The notes below the pieces were generated by a model. That model was not told the DNA's origin, searched no databases, and worked only from the letters and a program-made list of their open reading frames with translations. From assembly GCA_963833985.1 (NCBI GenBank), contig CAWIAD010000001.1, positions 2,624,001-2,688,000 on the forward strand: a DNA stretch of 64,000 nt. The letters run 5' to 3'. Shown here in pieces: positions 20,281 through 32,747 of the stretch. The translations under genes and the position numbers were made by a program. Position 1 is the stretch's first letter, and each line of letters starts with the position of its first letter. The DNA comes from an uncultured Planctomycetaceae bacterium (GTDB lineage: Bacteria > Planctomycetota > Planctomycetia > Isosphaerales > Isosphaeraceae).

Positions 20281-20676
20281 GGGCGAAGCGATATTCATTT
20301 ATATAGTCAACGATTCCATACGGTGTTTAGCACCATCTCCCGAAACGGCGATCCCCGGCCCCTCCGCTCCGGGACGCGGGCGGATATTGACGGCCGGGAA
20401 TCACCGATCCGCTGTGATTCGAGGCGCCGGGAGCTGCTGACGGCTGCTTGTCGTGTAGAGTTCTGAGGAAAGCCCGCGGCGCAGCGCCCGGCCGTAGCGA
20501 CACGGCGACGCCCGGGCGGATCAGGGACCGTGGCATGATCAGGACAGCCCGCAAAATCGATGCTCGGAACCGGGTCCAGCACGCGGAGGCTCAGGCGTCG
20601 CATCGCAGGAGCCGCCCTTCGCCAGGCCTGGCTGCCACGGTCATCCTCGAACGGATCTCTCAAGAGGGAAGAAATT

Positions 20677-23193
20677 TTGGGGAGTTCGGACGACCGTTTT
20701 CGTGAAATGTTCTTCGAGGAGGCGCGCGAGCTTCTGATCAGCCTGGAAGAGGGGCTGATGGACCTGGAGCGGCGCCAGGGGGACCGTGCGCACCTCGACA
20801 AGACGTTCCGGGCGGCCCACAGCATCAAGGGCGCCGCGGCGATGGTGGGCCTGGAGCCCATCGCTCGGTTCACTCACGGTATCGAGGCGGTCCTGGAGAA
20901 GATCCGCTCCGGCGCCCTGGCGGTCGATTCTGATATCATCACCACGCTCCTGGAGTCGCGTGACCACCTGGCCGCGATGGTGGAGGGGGACGCGGCCGGA
21001 TCTCCGATCCCGGGTTCAGGAGAGCTCAGTCAGCGACTGACCGACCTGCTCCGGGCTCCCGGGCCTGGAACGGGTGCACCGCCGGCCGCGGCGCAGGGCG
21101 GCCCCGCCAGGCCGGCACGGCCCGAAGCCGCGCCGCCAGCCGCGCGATCGGAAGGCGACGCGGAGACGAAAGCCTTGGCTCCGCGCCAGGACGCGGGCAA
21201 GGCAGCCCCGGCTGCGCCGGCCAGCACCGCGGACGGCCACACGTCCGACACCAGCGTGCCGGGGCCGGATCGCGGGCAGGCCGTCACCCCTGCCGTTTCG
21301 CCACAGCCCCAGCCGCGCAAGTCCCGGACCAGGAAAAGCGGTGGTGCCACCCGAGCGCGTGCGGTCAAGACAAAGGCCATGGACAAGGCGGCTGCCGGAG
21401 GAGCTGTCGATGGGCCGGCAGCCGCGCCGGCACAGCAAGGCCCAGGCGATAGCGAGCCTGTCTTCACCTACCGGATCACGCTCTCTACCGGTCCGGATGT
21501 GCTGCGCCGGGGTGTCAACCCGCTCGGCGTGCTCGACGAGCTCCGGGAGCTTGGACAGGCGACGGTCAGCACCGATCCGCTCTCCGTCCCCTTGCTCCAC
21601 GAGATCGACCCGGAACGCTGCTACCTGAGCTGGACGATCCACTTGCAGACCGAGGCGGGGGTCGAGCGGCTGCGTGACGTGTTCCTGTTCGTGTCCGAAG
21701 ACAGCACGGTGACGGTGGAGCGCCGACTCGACGACGGCAGCTTCGTGCCCGTTGTGCTCGAGGCCGTGCTCGACATGGCCGGGCTGGGCCCGGCTGTGGT
21801 CAAACCGCCAGCTTCCGGCTTCGATCCACCTGACCTCGAGCCCGGCGCCGTGGTTCCCGGGGGAGCTCCAGCCGTCGAGGCGGCAGGCAACGGCGTGCAC
21901 GCGGTCGCCCCTCCCGTACCTGACGGCGGAGCCGCCACGCGCCAGAACGGGCCCGCGGGCGGACTCTCGCCGTTTCCCGGCGCGAGGCCGCACGCACGCA
22001 TTCGCGTCGACGCGCTCCAGCTTGACGACCTGGTGGGCCTGGCCGGCGAACTCGCGGTCCTCTCCGATAACCTGCAAGGCCTGCGCGAGGTGTCCGGCCT
22101 GGGCAGGTGGGTGCACGCGCTGGAATCTCTCCAGCGGGTCAGCCGGGAGATCCGCGACACGACGCTGGAGCTGCGGATGGTCCCCGTCGACGAGCTCTTC
22201 TCGCGGTTCCCCCGCGTCGTGCGCGACCTGGCCGACCGCTCGGGCAAGGAGATCGAGCTGCGGATCGTCGGCCAGGAGACCCGGCTGGACCGGACGATCG
22301 TGGAGCGGCTGGGAGACCCGATGGTGCACCTCATCCGCAACGCCGTCGACCATGCGCTCGAGACGCCCGACGAGCGGCTCGCCGCCGGCAAGCCGCGCGG
22401 GGGCCGGATCACGCTCATCGCCGGCCACGAGGGAGACCGGGTGGCCATCCGCGTCGAAGACGACGGGCGCGGCCTGGACCGCGAGAAAATCGTGCGCAGG
22501 GGCGTGGAACGGGGTCTGATTCCCCCCGGCTCCGCGCTCGATGACCCCAGGGTGGTCAGCCTGATCTTCGAGCCGGGCTTCTCCACCCGCGACAGCGTCA
22601 GCGAGCTCTCGGGCCGAGGGGTCGGGCTCGACGTGGTCCGGGATTCGGTGCGGGGGCTCCGCGGCAGCCTGTCGGTGGAGAGCACACCGGGCAAGGGGAC
22701 CTCGTTCGTCTTCCGGCTGCCCCTGACCCTGGCACTCATCGACGGCCTGCTGATCGAGACGGCGGGCAGCCAGTTCGTGGTCCCCCTGTCCCAGGTGGAG
22801 GAATGCGTTTCCCTGGCCGGCACGGGCCCGGCACTGGCCGCGGAACGTCCGTGCGTGTCGGTCCGTGGCGAGCTGGTCCCCATGATCTCGCTACGATCGC
22901 TGTTCCGCTCCAACGGGTCCTTGCCGGCGCGGCAAGAATTGCTTTTGACGAGGCACGCCGGACAGAGAGTGGGCGTGGCGGTGGACCGGCTGGTCGGCCG
23001 CGTTCAGGCGGTGATCCAGTCGCTTGGCGGGGGAATGCACGGGCTGAGCCGCTTCTCCGGCGCAACGATCCTCGGTGATGGCTCCGTGTCGCTGATCATT
23101 GATCTCTCGGCCGTGGTCACCGAATCCCTTGTGGCCAGTCAGAATATTCTTTCCACGCCCTCCGGCGGCGTGAGGGCGGAGTATCTCCGATGA
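20677..23193 (+). CDS. cheA: Chemotaxis histidine kinase CheA
   Basis: Hpt FRAAHSIKG, dimerisation domain, [27 protein letters not shown], CheW-like P5; TTG start inferred after AGAGGG. Confidence 0.95.
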   Translation: MGSSDDRFREMFFEEARELLISLEEGLMDLERRQGDRAHLDKTFRAAHSIKGAAAMVGLEPIARFTHGIEAVLEKIRSGALAVDSDIITTLLESRDHLAAMVEGDAAGSPIPGSGELSQRLTDLLRAPGPGTGAPPAAAQGGPARPARPEAAPPAARSEGDAETKALAPRQDAGKAAPAAPASTADGHTSDTSVPGPDRGQAVTPAVSPQPQPRKSRTRKSGGATRARAVKTKAMDKAAAGGAVDGPAAAPAQQGPGDSEPVFTYRITLSTGPDVLRRGVNPLGVLDELRELGQATVSTDPLSVPLLHEIDPERCYLSWTIHLQTEAGVERLRDVFLFVSEDSTVTVERRLDDGSFVPVVLEAVLDMAGLGPAVVKPPASGFDPPDLEPGAVVPGGAPAVEAAGNGVHAVAPPVPDGGAATRQNGPAGGLSPFPGARPHARIRVDALQLDDLVGLAGELAVLSDNLQGLREVSGLGRWVHALESLQRVSREIRDTTLELRMVPVDELFSRFPRVVRDLADRSGKEIELRIVGQETRLDRTIVERLGDPMVHLIRNAVDHALETPDERLAAGKPRGGRITLIAGHEGDRVAIRVEDDGRGLDREKIVRRGVERGLIPPGSALDDPRVVSLIFEPGFSTRDSVSELSGRGVGLDVVRDSVRGLRGSLSVESTPGKGTSFVFRLPLTLALIDGLLIETAGSQFVVPLSQVEECVSLAGTGPALAAERPCVSVRGELVPMISLRSLFRSNGSLPARQELLLTRHAGQRVGVAVDRLVGRVQAVIQSLGGGMHGLSRFSGATILGDGSVSLIIDLSAVVTESLVASQNILSTPSGGVRAEYLR

Positions 23194-25088
23194 GAATCCC
23201 ATTACGAACCAAAGTCACCCTGGTCCTGGTCGCCTTCGGGCTGATCCCCGCCGGGATTGTTGCGGCCTTCGCGTTCATGTCGGCCGAGGAGTTCAAGGGA
23301 CGTCAAACCTTGATGATCAGCGCGGCCGCCGCCTCCATCAGCGACCACGCCAAGATGCTCGCCTTCAAAAACTACGACCTCAAGAACCACGAGGCACAGC
23401 TCAAGGCCGAGAAGGGTCAGGCCGCTGATAAACTGGCGCCGACCGATTACCAGGCCCCGCTCAAGTTCGAGCTCAGCGATGCCGACCGTGAAGACCTCCA
23501 GCGGCATATCTCGTACACGCTACGCGATCACAACCTTTCCGGCGCGACGGTCTACTTCGTCGACCCGACGAACAATGTCCTCCTGCAACGCAGCAACACC
23601 GGCGCGTTCACCAGCGGAGGCCGGCTGACGTCCAAGTACGAGCTCACCGCCGATCACGCCAACGGCAAGATGGGCACCGAGGCCCTGGAGGCCAAGACAG
23701 AACCGTACGAGGCCGCCGAGATCGTCGGCTACGCCCCGGTGCCGGCGCAGTTCCAGAAACTGGCCGGCGCCAGCCACGGCTATGTCACGCTCATCGCCCT
23801 GCCGCGCAGCGCGGCTTACGAGACGATCTACGACAACCAGATCCGCACGCTCGCCATCCTCGCCGGGGCGTTCGTGCTCACCGTGCTCCTGGGCATCCTC
23901 TTCGGGAGCTGGTTCATCCACCCGCTGCTGGAGATCAAGGACGTGACCGAGAGCCTCCAGGAGGGCCAGCTTTACAACCGCACGAACATCAACCGGGGCG
24001 ACGAGCTGGGCGACCTGGCAAGCCTGACGAACTCAGTGGTGGACCGATTCTCGGAAGTGATCGGCCAGATCCGCAACGTGACGGCCTCGGTCTCCACCGC
24101 CAGCAGCCAGCTCAACTCCAGCGCCCAGCAACTGGCACAGGGGGCCGCGGAGCAAGCGGCCACGCTGGAGGAGATCGCCAGCAGCTTGCAGAACGTGGAC
24201 GCCTCCGTGGGCCGGAACGCTCAGCACGCCAAGGACACCGCCCGCACGGCCAACGAGGCCAGCGGCCAGGCCCAGCGCGGAGGTGAGGCCGTGCATCAGA
24301 CCGTCGCGGCCATGCGCGAGATCACCCAGAAGATCCTGGTCGTCGAGGACATCGCCTACCAGACCAACCTGCTGGCGCTGAACGCAGCCATCGAGGCCGC
24401 CCGCGCGGGAACGCACGGCAAGGGCTTCGCCGTCGTCGCCGGCGAGGTGCGCAAGCTGGCCGAGCGAAGCCAGACCGCCGCCCAGCAGATCAGCGACCTG
24501 GCCAAGAAAAGCGTGGCTGTCGCCGAGAACGCCGGCACCCTGCTGGAGCGCACCGTGCCCATGATTCAGGCCACCTCCGACCTGATCTCGGAGATCGCGG
24601 CCGCCTCGCAGGAGCAGATGACCGCGATCCGCGAGATCAACGTGGGCGTCACCCAGCTCGAGGAGGTGGTTCAGCAGAACGCCGCCGCCAGCCATGAGCT
24701 TGCGGCAACCTCGACCGACCTGGCATCGCAGTCGTCGAGCTTGCAGCAGAAGGTGGACTTCTTTCGCCTTGAATCCTCCGCCAACGGCTACCACCCCACT
24801 CCCATCGCACCCCCGCGGACCCGCGTGAGCAAGTCCTTGCCGCGGGCGCAACCACATACGGGCCGAAGGCTTCCAGCGCCCAGGCCGGCACCACAGCATT
24901 CCGCCGACGGCCAGACGGGGGCCGGCCATACGACCGCGCCCTCCGGCAGCGGAGCGGGCACGTCGCCGCAGCAGCCCGGTCCCGCGGGTCCAACACCGCC
25001 ACCGCCGGGCCCCGGCGCGGTGCCCCCCCAGCGCGGGGGCGTCGTGGTTAATCTTGACGACGACGACAATTTCGAGCGATTCTCGTAG
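23190..25088 (+). CDS. Methyl-accepting chemotaxis protein (2 TM, HAMP, signalling domain)
   Basis: [17 protein letters not shown]...[13 protein letters not shown]; ends DDNFERFS. Confidence 0.95.
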   Translation: MRIPLRTKVTLVLVAFGLIPAGIVAAFAFMSAEEFKGRQTLMISAAAASISDHAKMLAFKNYDLKNHEAQLKAEKGQAADKLAPTDYQAPLKFELSDADREDLQRHISYTLRDHNLSGATVYFVDPTNNVLLQRSNTGAFTSGGRLTSKYELTADHANGKMGTEALEAKTEPYEAAEIVGYAPVPAQFQKLAGASHGYVTLIALPRSAAYETIYDNQIRTLAILAGAFVLTVLLGILFGSWFIHPLLEIKDVTESLQEGQLYNRTNINRGDELGDLASLTNSVVDRFSEVIGQIRNVTASVSTASSQLNSSAQQLAQGAAEQAATLEEIASSLQNVDASVGRNAQHAKDTARTANEASGQAQRGGEAVHQTVAAMREITQKILVVEDIAYQTNLLALNAAIEAARAGTHGKGFAVVAGEVRKLAERSQTAAQQISDLAKKSVAVAENAGTLLERTVPMIQATSDLISEIAAASQEQMTAIREINVGVTQLEEVVQQNAAASHELAATSTDLASQSSSLQQKVDFFRLESSANGYHPTPIAPPRTRVSKSLPRAQPHTGRRLPAPRPAPQHSADGQTGAGHTTAPSGSGAGTSPQQPGPAGPTPPPPGPGAVPPQRGGVVVNLDDDDNFERFS

Positions 25089-25205
25089 CAGTGAGTAGTT
25101 CCTGTTAAATTAGAATACGGAGGGGCGAGGCACTCCGAGCTCGAGTCTCTAAATGCGGCCATCAATGCATTTATTGCAGCCACCCGAAGGGTGAGGAAAG
25201 GACCG

Positions 25206-25712
25206 ATGATCGATCTCGTCACGGACGCCATCACCGATTCCGAACGTGACGGGGCGCAGTCGTATGTGATCTTCAGGCTGGGAGGCGAAGGCTACGCGCT
25301 GGAGGTGATGCGTGTGCAGGAGATCCTCGACGTCGAATCGATGACCGAGGTTCCGGGGAGCCCGAAGTGTTTGCTGGGGGTGATCAACCTGCGTGGCCAT
25401 GTGGTGCCCGTGTACGACCTGCGGATCCCGTTCGGTCTGAGTACCCAGGCCAGGTCCAGCCGCACCAGCAGCGTGATGATCGTGGAGACCGAGCGCGGCA
25501 ATGACACCCAGGTGACCGGCCTGGTGGTGGATCGCGTTTCCGACGTTCTGGAGTTTTCTCCAGAAGAAGTTCAACCTTCGCCGCAGCTAGGACTTGGGAA
25601 GACGACTCCGTTCGTGCGCGGGCTCATCCGTCACCAGGATGCCTTCCTGCTCGTATTGGATCTGGACCGGGTTTTTTCCGCACTTGCGTCGCTGAATGGT
25701 GAGGGAGTCTAA
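25206..25712 (+). CDS. cheW: Chemotaxis coupling protein CheW
   Basis: YVIFRLGGEGYAL, GVINLRG, GLVVDRVSDV. Confidence 0.95.
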   Translation: MIDLVTDAITDSERDGAQSYVIFRLGGEGYALEVMRVQEILDVESMTEVPGSPKCLLGVINLRGHVVPVYDLRIPFGLSTQARSSRTSSVMIVETERGNDTQVTGLVVDRVSDVLEFSPEEVQPSPQLGLGKTTPFVRGLIRHQDAFLLVLDLDRVFSALASLNGEGV

Positions 25713-25713
25713 C

Positions 25714-26577
25714 GTGGCGTCATCGGGCATGCTGCCACCCTCGCCTTCGGAGCCCGAGCCCTGGTCGGAGAAAGACTTCGCCGCCATCGTGGCGTTCTTG
25801 CGGCATCAGATCGGCATCACCCTGGAGCCGCATCGCATGGGCCTGTTGCAGGCGAGGCTGCGCTCGCGGGTGCAGGTCAAGGGCTTTTCCAGTTTCTCGC
25901 AGTTTTACGAGCACATCCTGCGGGTCGATCCCGCCGGCTGGGGCGCCCAGTTGCTTGTCGACCTGAGCACGGTAAACCACACCTCGTTCTTCCGCGAGCC
26001 GGCCCATTTCTCGTTCCTCACCGATCACGTCGCAGCGGCGCTCAAGGAGTCCCCCACCGCGACGGTCCGTCTCTGGTCGGCTGGCTGTTCCTCCGGCCAG
26101 GAACCCTACAGCATGGCCGTGGCCCTGGCGGAAGCGTTGCCTCCCCACAACCTCTCGAAGGTGGAGATCTGGGCCAGCGATCTGTCCCTGGAGATGCTCA
26201 AGGTCGCCGCGGGCGCCATCTACACCTCGCGGGACGTTCACGGTGTTTCACCGACCCGCCTCCGCCGGTTCTTCCTGCTGGGTCGGGGCCCGCGCGAAGG
26301 GTCGCTCAAGGTCGTCCCGGAGATCCGCGATCTGGTCAAATTCCGTCACCTGGATCTGCGCACCAACCCCTGGCCCTTGCCCAACGACTTTGCCATCATC
26401 TTCTGCCGCAATGTTTCCATTTACTTTGCGGAGGAGGAACGGATGGTCCTGCTCGACCGCCTGGCGAAGCACCTGCGTCCCGGGGGCTGGCTGGTGATGG
26501 GCAATGGAGAGATTCTGCCCGCGGTGCCCGCTTCGCTGCACAAGCAGTCGCCGTCGCTCTATCAGAGAGAGGACTGA
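25714..26577 (+). CDS. cheR: Chemotaxis methyltransferase CheR
   Basis: NHTSFFRE, WSAGCSSGQEPYS, IFCRNV. Confidence 0.95.
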   Translation: MASSGMLPPSPSEPEPWSEKDFAAIVAFLRHQIGITLEPHRMGLLQARLRSRVQVKGFSSFSQFYEHILRVDPAGWGAQLLVDLSTVNHTSFFREPAHFSFLTDHVAAALKESPTATVRLWSAGCSSGQEPYSMAVALAEALPPHNLSKVEIWASDLSLEMLKVAAGAIYTSRDVHGVSPTRLRRFFLLGRGPREGSLKVVPEIRDLVKFRHLDLRTNPWPLPNDFAIIFCRNVSIYFAEEERMVLLDRLAKHLRPGGWLVMGNGEILPAVPASLHKQSPSLYQRED

Positions 26578-26583
26578 TTGTCC

Positions 26584-27702
26584 ATGCCCCTGCGTCACCC
26601 AGGCCCGGCCCCGCAGACGCCGGCAGCCATCGAAGTGATGGTGGTGGACGATAGCGCGGTCATCCGCCAGCGGCTCAAGTCGATCATCGAGTCGGACCCG
26701 CACTTCCGGGTGGTCCTGGCCGCCGATCCGTACGAGGCCGTGGCCATCCTCAGCAAGTCTGTCCCCGGCGTGATCGTGCTCGACGTCGAGATGCCGCGGA
26801 TGGACGGCTTGACATTCCTGCGCAAGTTGATGCGGCAGCATCCCATGCCGGTCGTCCTCTGCACGGCACAGGCGGAACGCGCGGTGACCGCGCTGGAGAT
26901 GGGTGCCATCGAGGTGATCGCCAAGCCCGACTGGCACGATGCGTCGCGGCTCTCGGAATGGTCGCAGAGCCTGCTGGACAGCATCCGCAACGCCGCCCGC
27001 GCCGGCCGCCTGCCGTTGCGGGAGGACAAATCGACCGCGACGGATCCGCGTCATACGGCCGACGTGGTCTTGCCCCGGGCCCCTTATTCCCCGCGGGGGC
27101 CAAGCAGCGAGCGAATCATCGCGGTCGGCGTGAGCACCGGCGGCGTGCAGGCGATCCAGCAGCTTCTGGCCGGCTTTCCGACCGGTTCGCCCGGCATCGT
27201 CATCGTGCAACACATGCCGGCCGACTTCACACCGGCCTTCGCCCAGCGGCTGAACAATGACCCGCGCATCGAGCTCGAGGTGGCCGAGGCGCGCCATCAC
27301 GACTCGATCCGTGCGGGCCGCGCGCTGGTCATCCCGGGAGACACGCACGGCATCGTTCGCCGCTCCGGTGCGGGATACCGCATCGAGCTGGTCGACGGAC
27401 CCCCGGTCTGCCGCCACCGTCCCAGTGTCGAGGTGCTCTTCCGGTCGGTAGCTCAGGCGGCCGGACCGTTCGCCGCGGGCGTGATCATGACCGGCATGGG
27501 CGACGATGGAGCCGGGGGGCTACTCGAGATGAGGGAAATCGGGGCGCTCACCATCGCCCAGAACGAGGCCACCTGCGTGGTCTTCGGCATGCCCCGTGAA
27601 GCCATTCGCCGAGGTGCGGCAAAGTACGTGGTACCACTGGAGTCCATCGCCACGACGCTCATGGCATGGCACTCCAACCCCGATGCGGGAACCTGGTACT
27701 GA
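26584..27702 (+). CDS. cheB: Chemotaxis methylesterase CheB (REC plus esterase)
   Basis: VDDS, LDVEMP; catalytic GVSTGG, QHMP, TGMGDDG. Confidence 0.95.
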   Translation: MPLRHPGPAPQTPAAIEVMVVDDSAVIRQRLKSIIESDPHFRVVLAADPYEAVAILSKSVPGVIVLDVEMPRMDGLTFLRKLMRQHPMPVVLCTAQAERAVTALEMGAIEVIAKPDWHDASRLSEWSQSLLDSIRNAARAGRLPLREDKSTATDPRHTADVVLPRAPYSPRGPSSERIIAVGVSTGGVQAIQQLLAGFPTGSPGIVIVQHMPADFTPAFAQRLNNDPRIELEVAEARHHDSIRAGRALVIPGDTHGIVRRSGAGYRIELVDGPPVCRHRPSVEVLFRSVAQAAGPFAAGVIMTGMGDDGAGGLLEMREIGALTIAQNEATCVVFGMPREAIRRGAAKYVVPLESIATTLMAWHSNPDAGTWY

Positions 27703-27839
27703 GGCGTTCGGGCCGGCGAACGCGGGCCGCAGCGCTCCTTCGCGAACGGGGCGGTGGGACGAAGCGCGAGGAAGGTGGCTCGCTCGATCCGCGGCGTCCG
27801 GGCGTCCGCGACGGATCGAGCGACTGCCGCAAGTTCGGC

Positions 27840-28919
27840 TTACTGCCACGCATCCGCACTCATGATTTCACCGCCGCCGATGGTGTTCAATCCCAGCCAG
27901 ATCGGCATGCTGAGACTGTTCTTCACGAACCGCACCGAGCCATCGCCGAGCAAGACGTTCAGACCTCCCGGGTGGCGGCTTCGTGCACCCGCGTAGGCGG
28001 TCTGATCGCCCGCGTTGCTGGTGCACGGCAGGTCCATGGCCGGCTCGGAAACGCAGAAATAGAGGTTGTTCAGGTAATCCCCGAAGAGACCCGTCTGGTA
28101 GTAATCACTTGGGTTGTTGGGCGGCATGCGTGAAAAGAACGAGCAGCCGCCGGGGATCGTGGACCACATCAGGCCGCGGATGTCGTAGGTCTCTCCCTGG
28201 AGCACCTCGGCCACGAAGACCGTGTTGCTGCTGCCGTCGGTCAGTGAATTCATGCCGATGGTGAAGAAGCCGAATGCGGACTTCCGATAGCTCGGCGCAG
28301 CGCCGGTGCCGGGGTCGATCATCGGCGGGCCGCCCCAGTTCGCCACCGCCGTACCATCCTGCGACCAGTAGGTGTTGCCCCAGCTCGCGCCGTAGTTGCC
28401 CTTGGCGAAGATCGGGGTCGAGAGGTAGGGCGAGTAGGTCGGGTTGACCTGAAAGGTGTTCTCGCGATCGCTGGGGCACTGGAACACGCTGAGTTTGGTG
28501 GCACCCACGGTGCTGTTGGCGAAGAACCCCATGGGCAGGGGATAGTTTGGGCCCTCTGAACCAAGCTGGTAGTTAAAGCTGTTCGCAAGCGCACCCTGCT
28601 CCAGGAACGGCAGCATCAGCACGAACCAGGGCGTGTTCTGACAGTTACTGAAGATGTCATTGCCGCATGCACTGGCTCCTGGCACCAGCGTCAGGCCCAC
28701 GTTGCGAATATCTCCGGGGGGGAAGGCGTTACTGGTCTCGTGGTAGTTGTGCAGGGCTAGTCCGAATTGCTTCAGATTGTTGATGCACTGGGCGCGCCGG
28801 GCCGCCTCCCGGGCCGATTGCACGGCTGGTAAGAGGAGCGAAATCAGGACCGCGATGATAGCGATCACGACCAGCAGTTCAATGAGCGTGAAAGCCCGGC
28901 GGAGAGGGACGGACGACAT
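27840..28919 (-). CDS. DUF1559 prepilin-like protein with H-X9-DG C-terminus
   Basis: AFTLIELLVVIAIIAVLISLLLPAVQSAREAARR; RSRHPGGLNVLLGDGSVRF. Confidence 0.95.
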   Translation of the reverse strand: MSSVPLRRAFTLIELLVVIAIIAVLISLLLPAVQSAREAARRAQCINNLKQFGLALHNYHETSNAFPPGDIRNVGLTLVPGASACGNDIFSNCQNTPWFVLMLPFLEQGALANSFNYQLGSEGPNYPLPMGFFANSTVGATKLSVFQCPSDRENTFQVNPTYSPYLSTPIFAKGNYGASWGNTYWSQDGTAVANWGGPPMIDPGTGAAPSYRKSAFGFFTIGMNSLTDGSSNTVFVAEVLQGETYDIRGLMWSTIPGGCSFFSRMPPNNPSDYYQTGLFGDYLNNLYFCVSEPAMDLPCTSNAGDQTAYAGARSRHPGGLNVLLGDGSVRFVKNSLSMPIWLGLNTIGGGEIMSADAWQ

Positions 28920-29135
28920 GGTGATGGAACTCCTGAACGCCAATTTCGTGTCGATGCGACGCCGATCCTGAAGTGTGGTTCCCACCTTGCTGGGGGATTG
29001 GCGCAAGAGCGTAGCATGAATCGTGAGTGATTGCGATATGCCTTGAGCCGGGAAAATGCGTCGATCTCGTGCGGCCTGCCGATCCGATCGGAGCCGCCGG
29101 TACGTGCGATTCCGGGAACCGTAGCCGACTGGCCG

Positions 29136-32094
29136 TCAGACCGCCGCCCCGACGGGAACGCCGTCAAGCTGGGCTGCCAGCAGCTCGATGGGATGGACGG
29201 CGTTGATACCTGCAAGTCCGTGCACCTGGCTGCGGCACGAGAACCCGGGCGCGGCCAGGATGGCCTCGGGGTCCGCCGCGGCCGCGGGCAGCAGCACGCG
29301 GTTGGCCAGGGCGACGCTGACGTCATGGTGCCCGCGCTCGTAGCCGAAGGAGCCTGCCATGCCGCAGCAGCCGGAATCGAGCTCGCGTACGTCCAGTCCG
29401 GGAATCCGTCTCAGGGCGGCGAGCGTACCCGCGGTCCCCAGCGTGGCCTTCTGCTGGCAATGACCATGCAGCAGCACGCGCCGCTGGAGCCGGCTCAAAC
29501 CCAGCTCGGGCACCCGCGCCGGGTCGGCCACGAAGGCGTCGACCAGGGTGCAACGGTCAGCGACCTCCTGGGCTGCGTGGCCGAGACGGAAGTCGCGGTA
29601 CTCGTCGACCAGGGTTACCAGGCAGCTTGGCTCGCAGCCGACGACCGGCAGCCCCTGGCGCACCAGGGGCAGGAGCCTGGCGACGTTCTCCCGGGCCAGC
29701 TCGCGGCCGAGCTTCAGCAGCCCCTTGGAAATGGCCGGACGGCCGCAGCACGCCAGGCCGGCCAGCCGCACGCGGTAGCCGCTCGCCTCCAGCACGCGCA
29801 CGGCCGCGATGCCGACAGCGGGGTTGTTGTAGGTGGTGAAGCAGTCGTCCAGCAGCACGACGGAGCCCCGCTGGCCGGATCGGGAATCCACGGTGTGCTT
29901 GCGGAACCATTTCCGGAAATGGTCGCGTGCAAACGTCGGCAGGGTGCGACGGCGGTCAATTCCCGCGGTCTTTTCCAGGAGCCACTTGAAGAGAGAGTTG
30001 CCGAGCGTGGCATTCGCCAGGGGCGCCAGTGCCGAACCGACCGGATTGAGCCGGAAGATCTGGCCCATGAGCAGATGGCTGAGCGGCCGGGGACGCCCCG
30101 CGTAGTACTGGTACAGGAATTCGGACTTCAGCTTGGCCATATCCACCTGCGACGGGCATTCGCTCTTGCAGGCCTTGCACTGAAGGCACAGGTCAAGGGC
30201 CTCGAAGAGCGTCTCGTTGGAAAGCGGCCCGCCGTCGGCGGGGAGACCTCCGGCCATCACCAGCCGCAGCGCATTGGCCCGGCCTCGGGTCGAGTGCATC
30301 TCATCGCGCGTGACCATGTAGCTGGGGCACATCGTCCCGCCCGTGCTCTTGCGGCACGCCCCCACACCTGAGCACATCTCCACCGCACGCGCGAAGCCTC
30401 CCTGGTCCGAGAAATCCAGGAGGGTGCGCGCCGGTTCGGCCGGGTGGTAGTCCGGGCCGATTCGCAATTGCTCACCCGGATCGGCATCGCCGATGACCTT
30501 GTCAGGGTTAAGCAGACCGTGCGGGTCAAAGGCCTGCTTGACCTGCTTCAAGGCGGCGTAGACTTCCGGCCCGAACAGCTTGCGGTTCCAGAGGCTGCGC
30601 CAGGCCATCGCCGTGCTCGCCGCTCATCGAGCCGCCGAACTCGATGACCAGGTCGGAAACCTCGCGTGCGATCGACCGCAAGGTAGCCACGCCCTCGTGA
30701 GTCTTCACGTTGAGGATCGGCCGGATGTGCAGGCAGCCGACATCGGCATGCCCGTAACAGGCCGCACGCACGCCATGGCGCACGACGATCGCCTCGAACC
30801 GCTCGTAAAACATGGGCAACCGGTCGGGATGCACGGCCGTGTCCTCCACGAACGCGACCGGTTTGGCATCGCCCACCATGGCCATGAGCAGTGAGAACCC
30901 GGCCTTGCGCACCTTCCAGAAATCGTCACGGGCCGCATCCGAGAGCCGCTTGCGAACTCCCAGCACCCCCGGGCGGCCCTCGAAACGATGGGCAAGATCC
31001 TCGACCCGGGCTACGAGCTCGTCCTGGCTTTCGGCATAGTACTGTGCCGCGAGCACCGCGGCCGGCCGGCCTTCGGCGAAGTTAAGGTAACGCGAGTACA
31101 GCGGGTTCTCGGCGGCCAGGTCGAGGATCATCCGGTCGAGCATCTCGACGGCCACCGGACCGGTCGCCACGATCTCGGCCAGCCGCTCGAGCGCCGCGGG
31201 GATGGTGGCGAACGACAGGACCACCAGTCCCTGCGCCGGCGGAATCGGCACGATTTTCAATTCGGCCGCTGTCACGACCGCCAGCGATCCTTCGGAGCCA
31301 ACAATCAACCGCGCCAGGTTGAACCGCCAGGGCTCGTCCACCCAGCCGTCGGGCCGGACCGGCAGTCCGGGAACGAATTCGTCAAGATTGTAGCCGCTCA
31401 CGCGCCGCAGGATGTGCGGGAAGCGGTTGATGATGGCCTGCCGGTGCGCGGCCACCGTGTCGCGCACAGCGCGGTGAACCCGGCCGGCGGAGTCGTGCCG
31501 CCGGCAGACGACCTCAAGCTCCGCGGCGTCCAGTGGTTCGAACCGGACCGGTGCGCCGTCGGCCAGCACCGCCTCCAGACTGTGCACGTGATCGACGGTC
31601 TTGCCGTAACGCAGCGATCGCGCGCCGGCCGAATTGTTGCCGACCATGCCGCCGATCGTGGCCCGGTCGCTGGTGGAGACGTCCGGCCCGAACATCAGCC
31701 CCATGGGCTTCAGGTGTGCATTGAGCTGGTCCAGCACCACGCCCGGCTCGACGCGCACCGTCATCCCGTCGCGGTCGACCACGCCGATCCGGTTCAGGTA
31801 CTTCGAGAAATCAATGACGATCGCGGCGCCCACGGTCTGGCCGGAAAGGCTGGTTGCGGCCCCGCGGGGCACGATCGGCACGCGCTCCTCAGCCGCGATG
31901 CGCACCGTGGCAATCACGTCGTCCACGGTCCTGGGTACCACCACACCCACGGGTTCGATCTGATACAGGCTGGCGTCGGTCGCGTACAGGGCGCGATGGC
32001 CGCGGTCGAAGTACACGGCCGCACGCGTCTCCTGGCCAAGACGGTCGCCAATGCGGGCAAGGGAAGAGGAGGACAGGTTGATCGTGGTGGGCAT
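29136..32094 (-). CDS. FAD-linked oxidase / Fe-S fusion (GlcD-GlcF, YdiJ-like 2-hydroxyacid dehydrogenase); frameshift near 30600
   Basis: PRGAATSLSGQ, GSEGSL, GHADVGCLH, GEHGDGLA in ORF 30526-32154; CSGVGAC, CLQCKAC, CCG motifs in ORF 29136-30608. Confidence 0.92.
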
Positions 32095-32150
32095 GATCCA
32101 GGGGTCTCTGCAATCAAGACGCAAAGGTGCCGTGCCGTGACAGGCCGGTG

Positions 32151-32747
32151 TCACTCGGGATCATCCTCGAACAGGGCCGCGACCGGCAGACGAAACCCGG
32201 GAAGCAGATCGCCTCCGTCGAGTTCTTCGCCGCCCTTGACTACGTGGATTTCGGTCGGCGAAGCATAGTCATACACCTCGGCCTGATCAGGATACATCAC
32301 CCAAACGCGCGAGACCCCGGCCTCGAAGTATTCGTGAATCTTCTCCAGGACTTCATAAGCGGAGTTGCTCTCGCTGATGACTTCGATCGCCAGCGATGGA
32401 ATCATGTCCCAGGGACTGACCTTGGGAATCCGGCGATGAGTCGGCCAGCGAGCATGCGGAACGATGGCCACGTCCGGGCGACGGCGAAGGTCTCGCTCGA
32501 GATTGATGCGAAAGAGCATTTCGGCCACCGCCTTGCCCGCTCGATTGGCCCTCAGGTACGGGGTCAACAGCCCGACCAGAATAGAGGCGATCTCAATCTC
32601 GCGCGCGCTCATCCTCTTCTCCACAACCTGACCGTCGACGACTTCGTAGAGCCGATCGGCGGACAGGTCGGCAGCGTGATGGACGGGGAACAAACCCGGG
32701 GTCATGGTTTCTGCGGTCTGAGAAGTCAGGGCCGGAACCGTGCTCAT
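32151..32747 (-). CDS. Uma2-family PD-(D/E)XK endonuclease
   Basis: YEVVDG, RRPDVA, LAIEVISES, LLPGFRLPVAALF. Confidence 0.92.
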   Translation of the reverse strand: MSTVPALTSQTAETMTPGLFPVHHAADLSADRLYEVVDGQVVEKRMSAREIEIASILVGLLTPYLRANRAGKAVAEMLFRINLERDLRRRPDVAIVPHARWPTHRRIPKVSPWDMIPSLAIEVISESNSAYEVLEKIHEYFEAGVSRVWVMYPDQAEVYDYASPTEIHVVKGGEELDGGDLLPGFRLPVAALFEDDPE

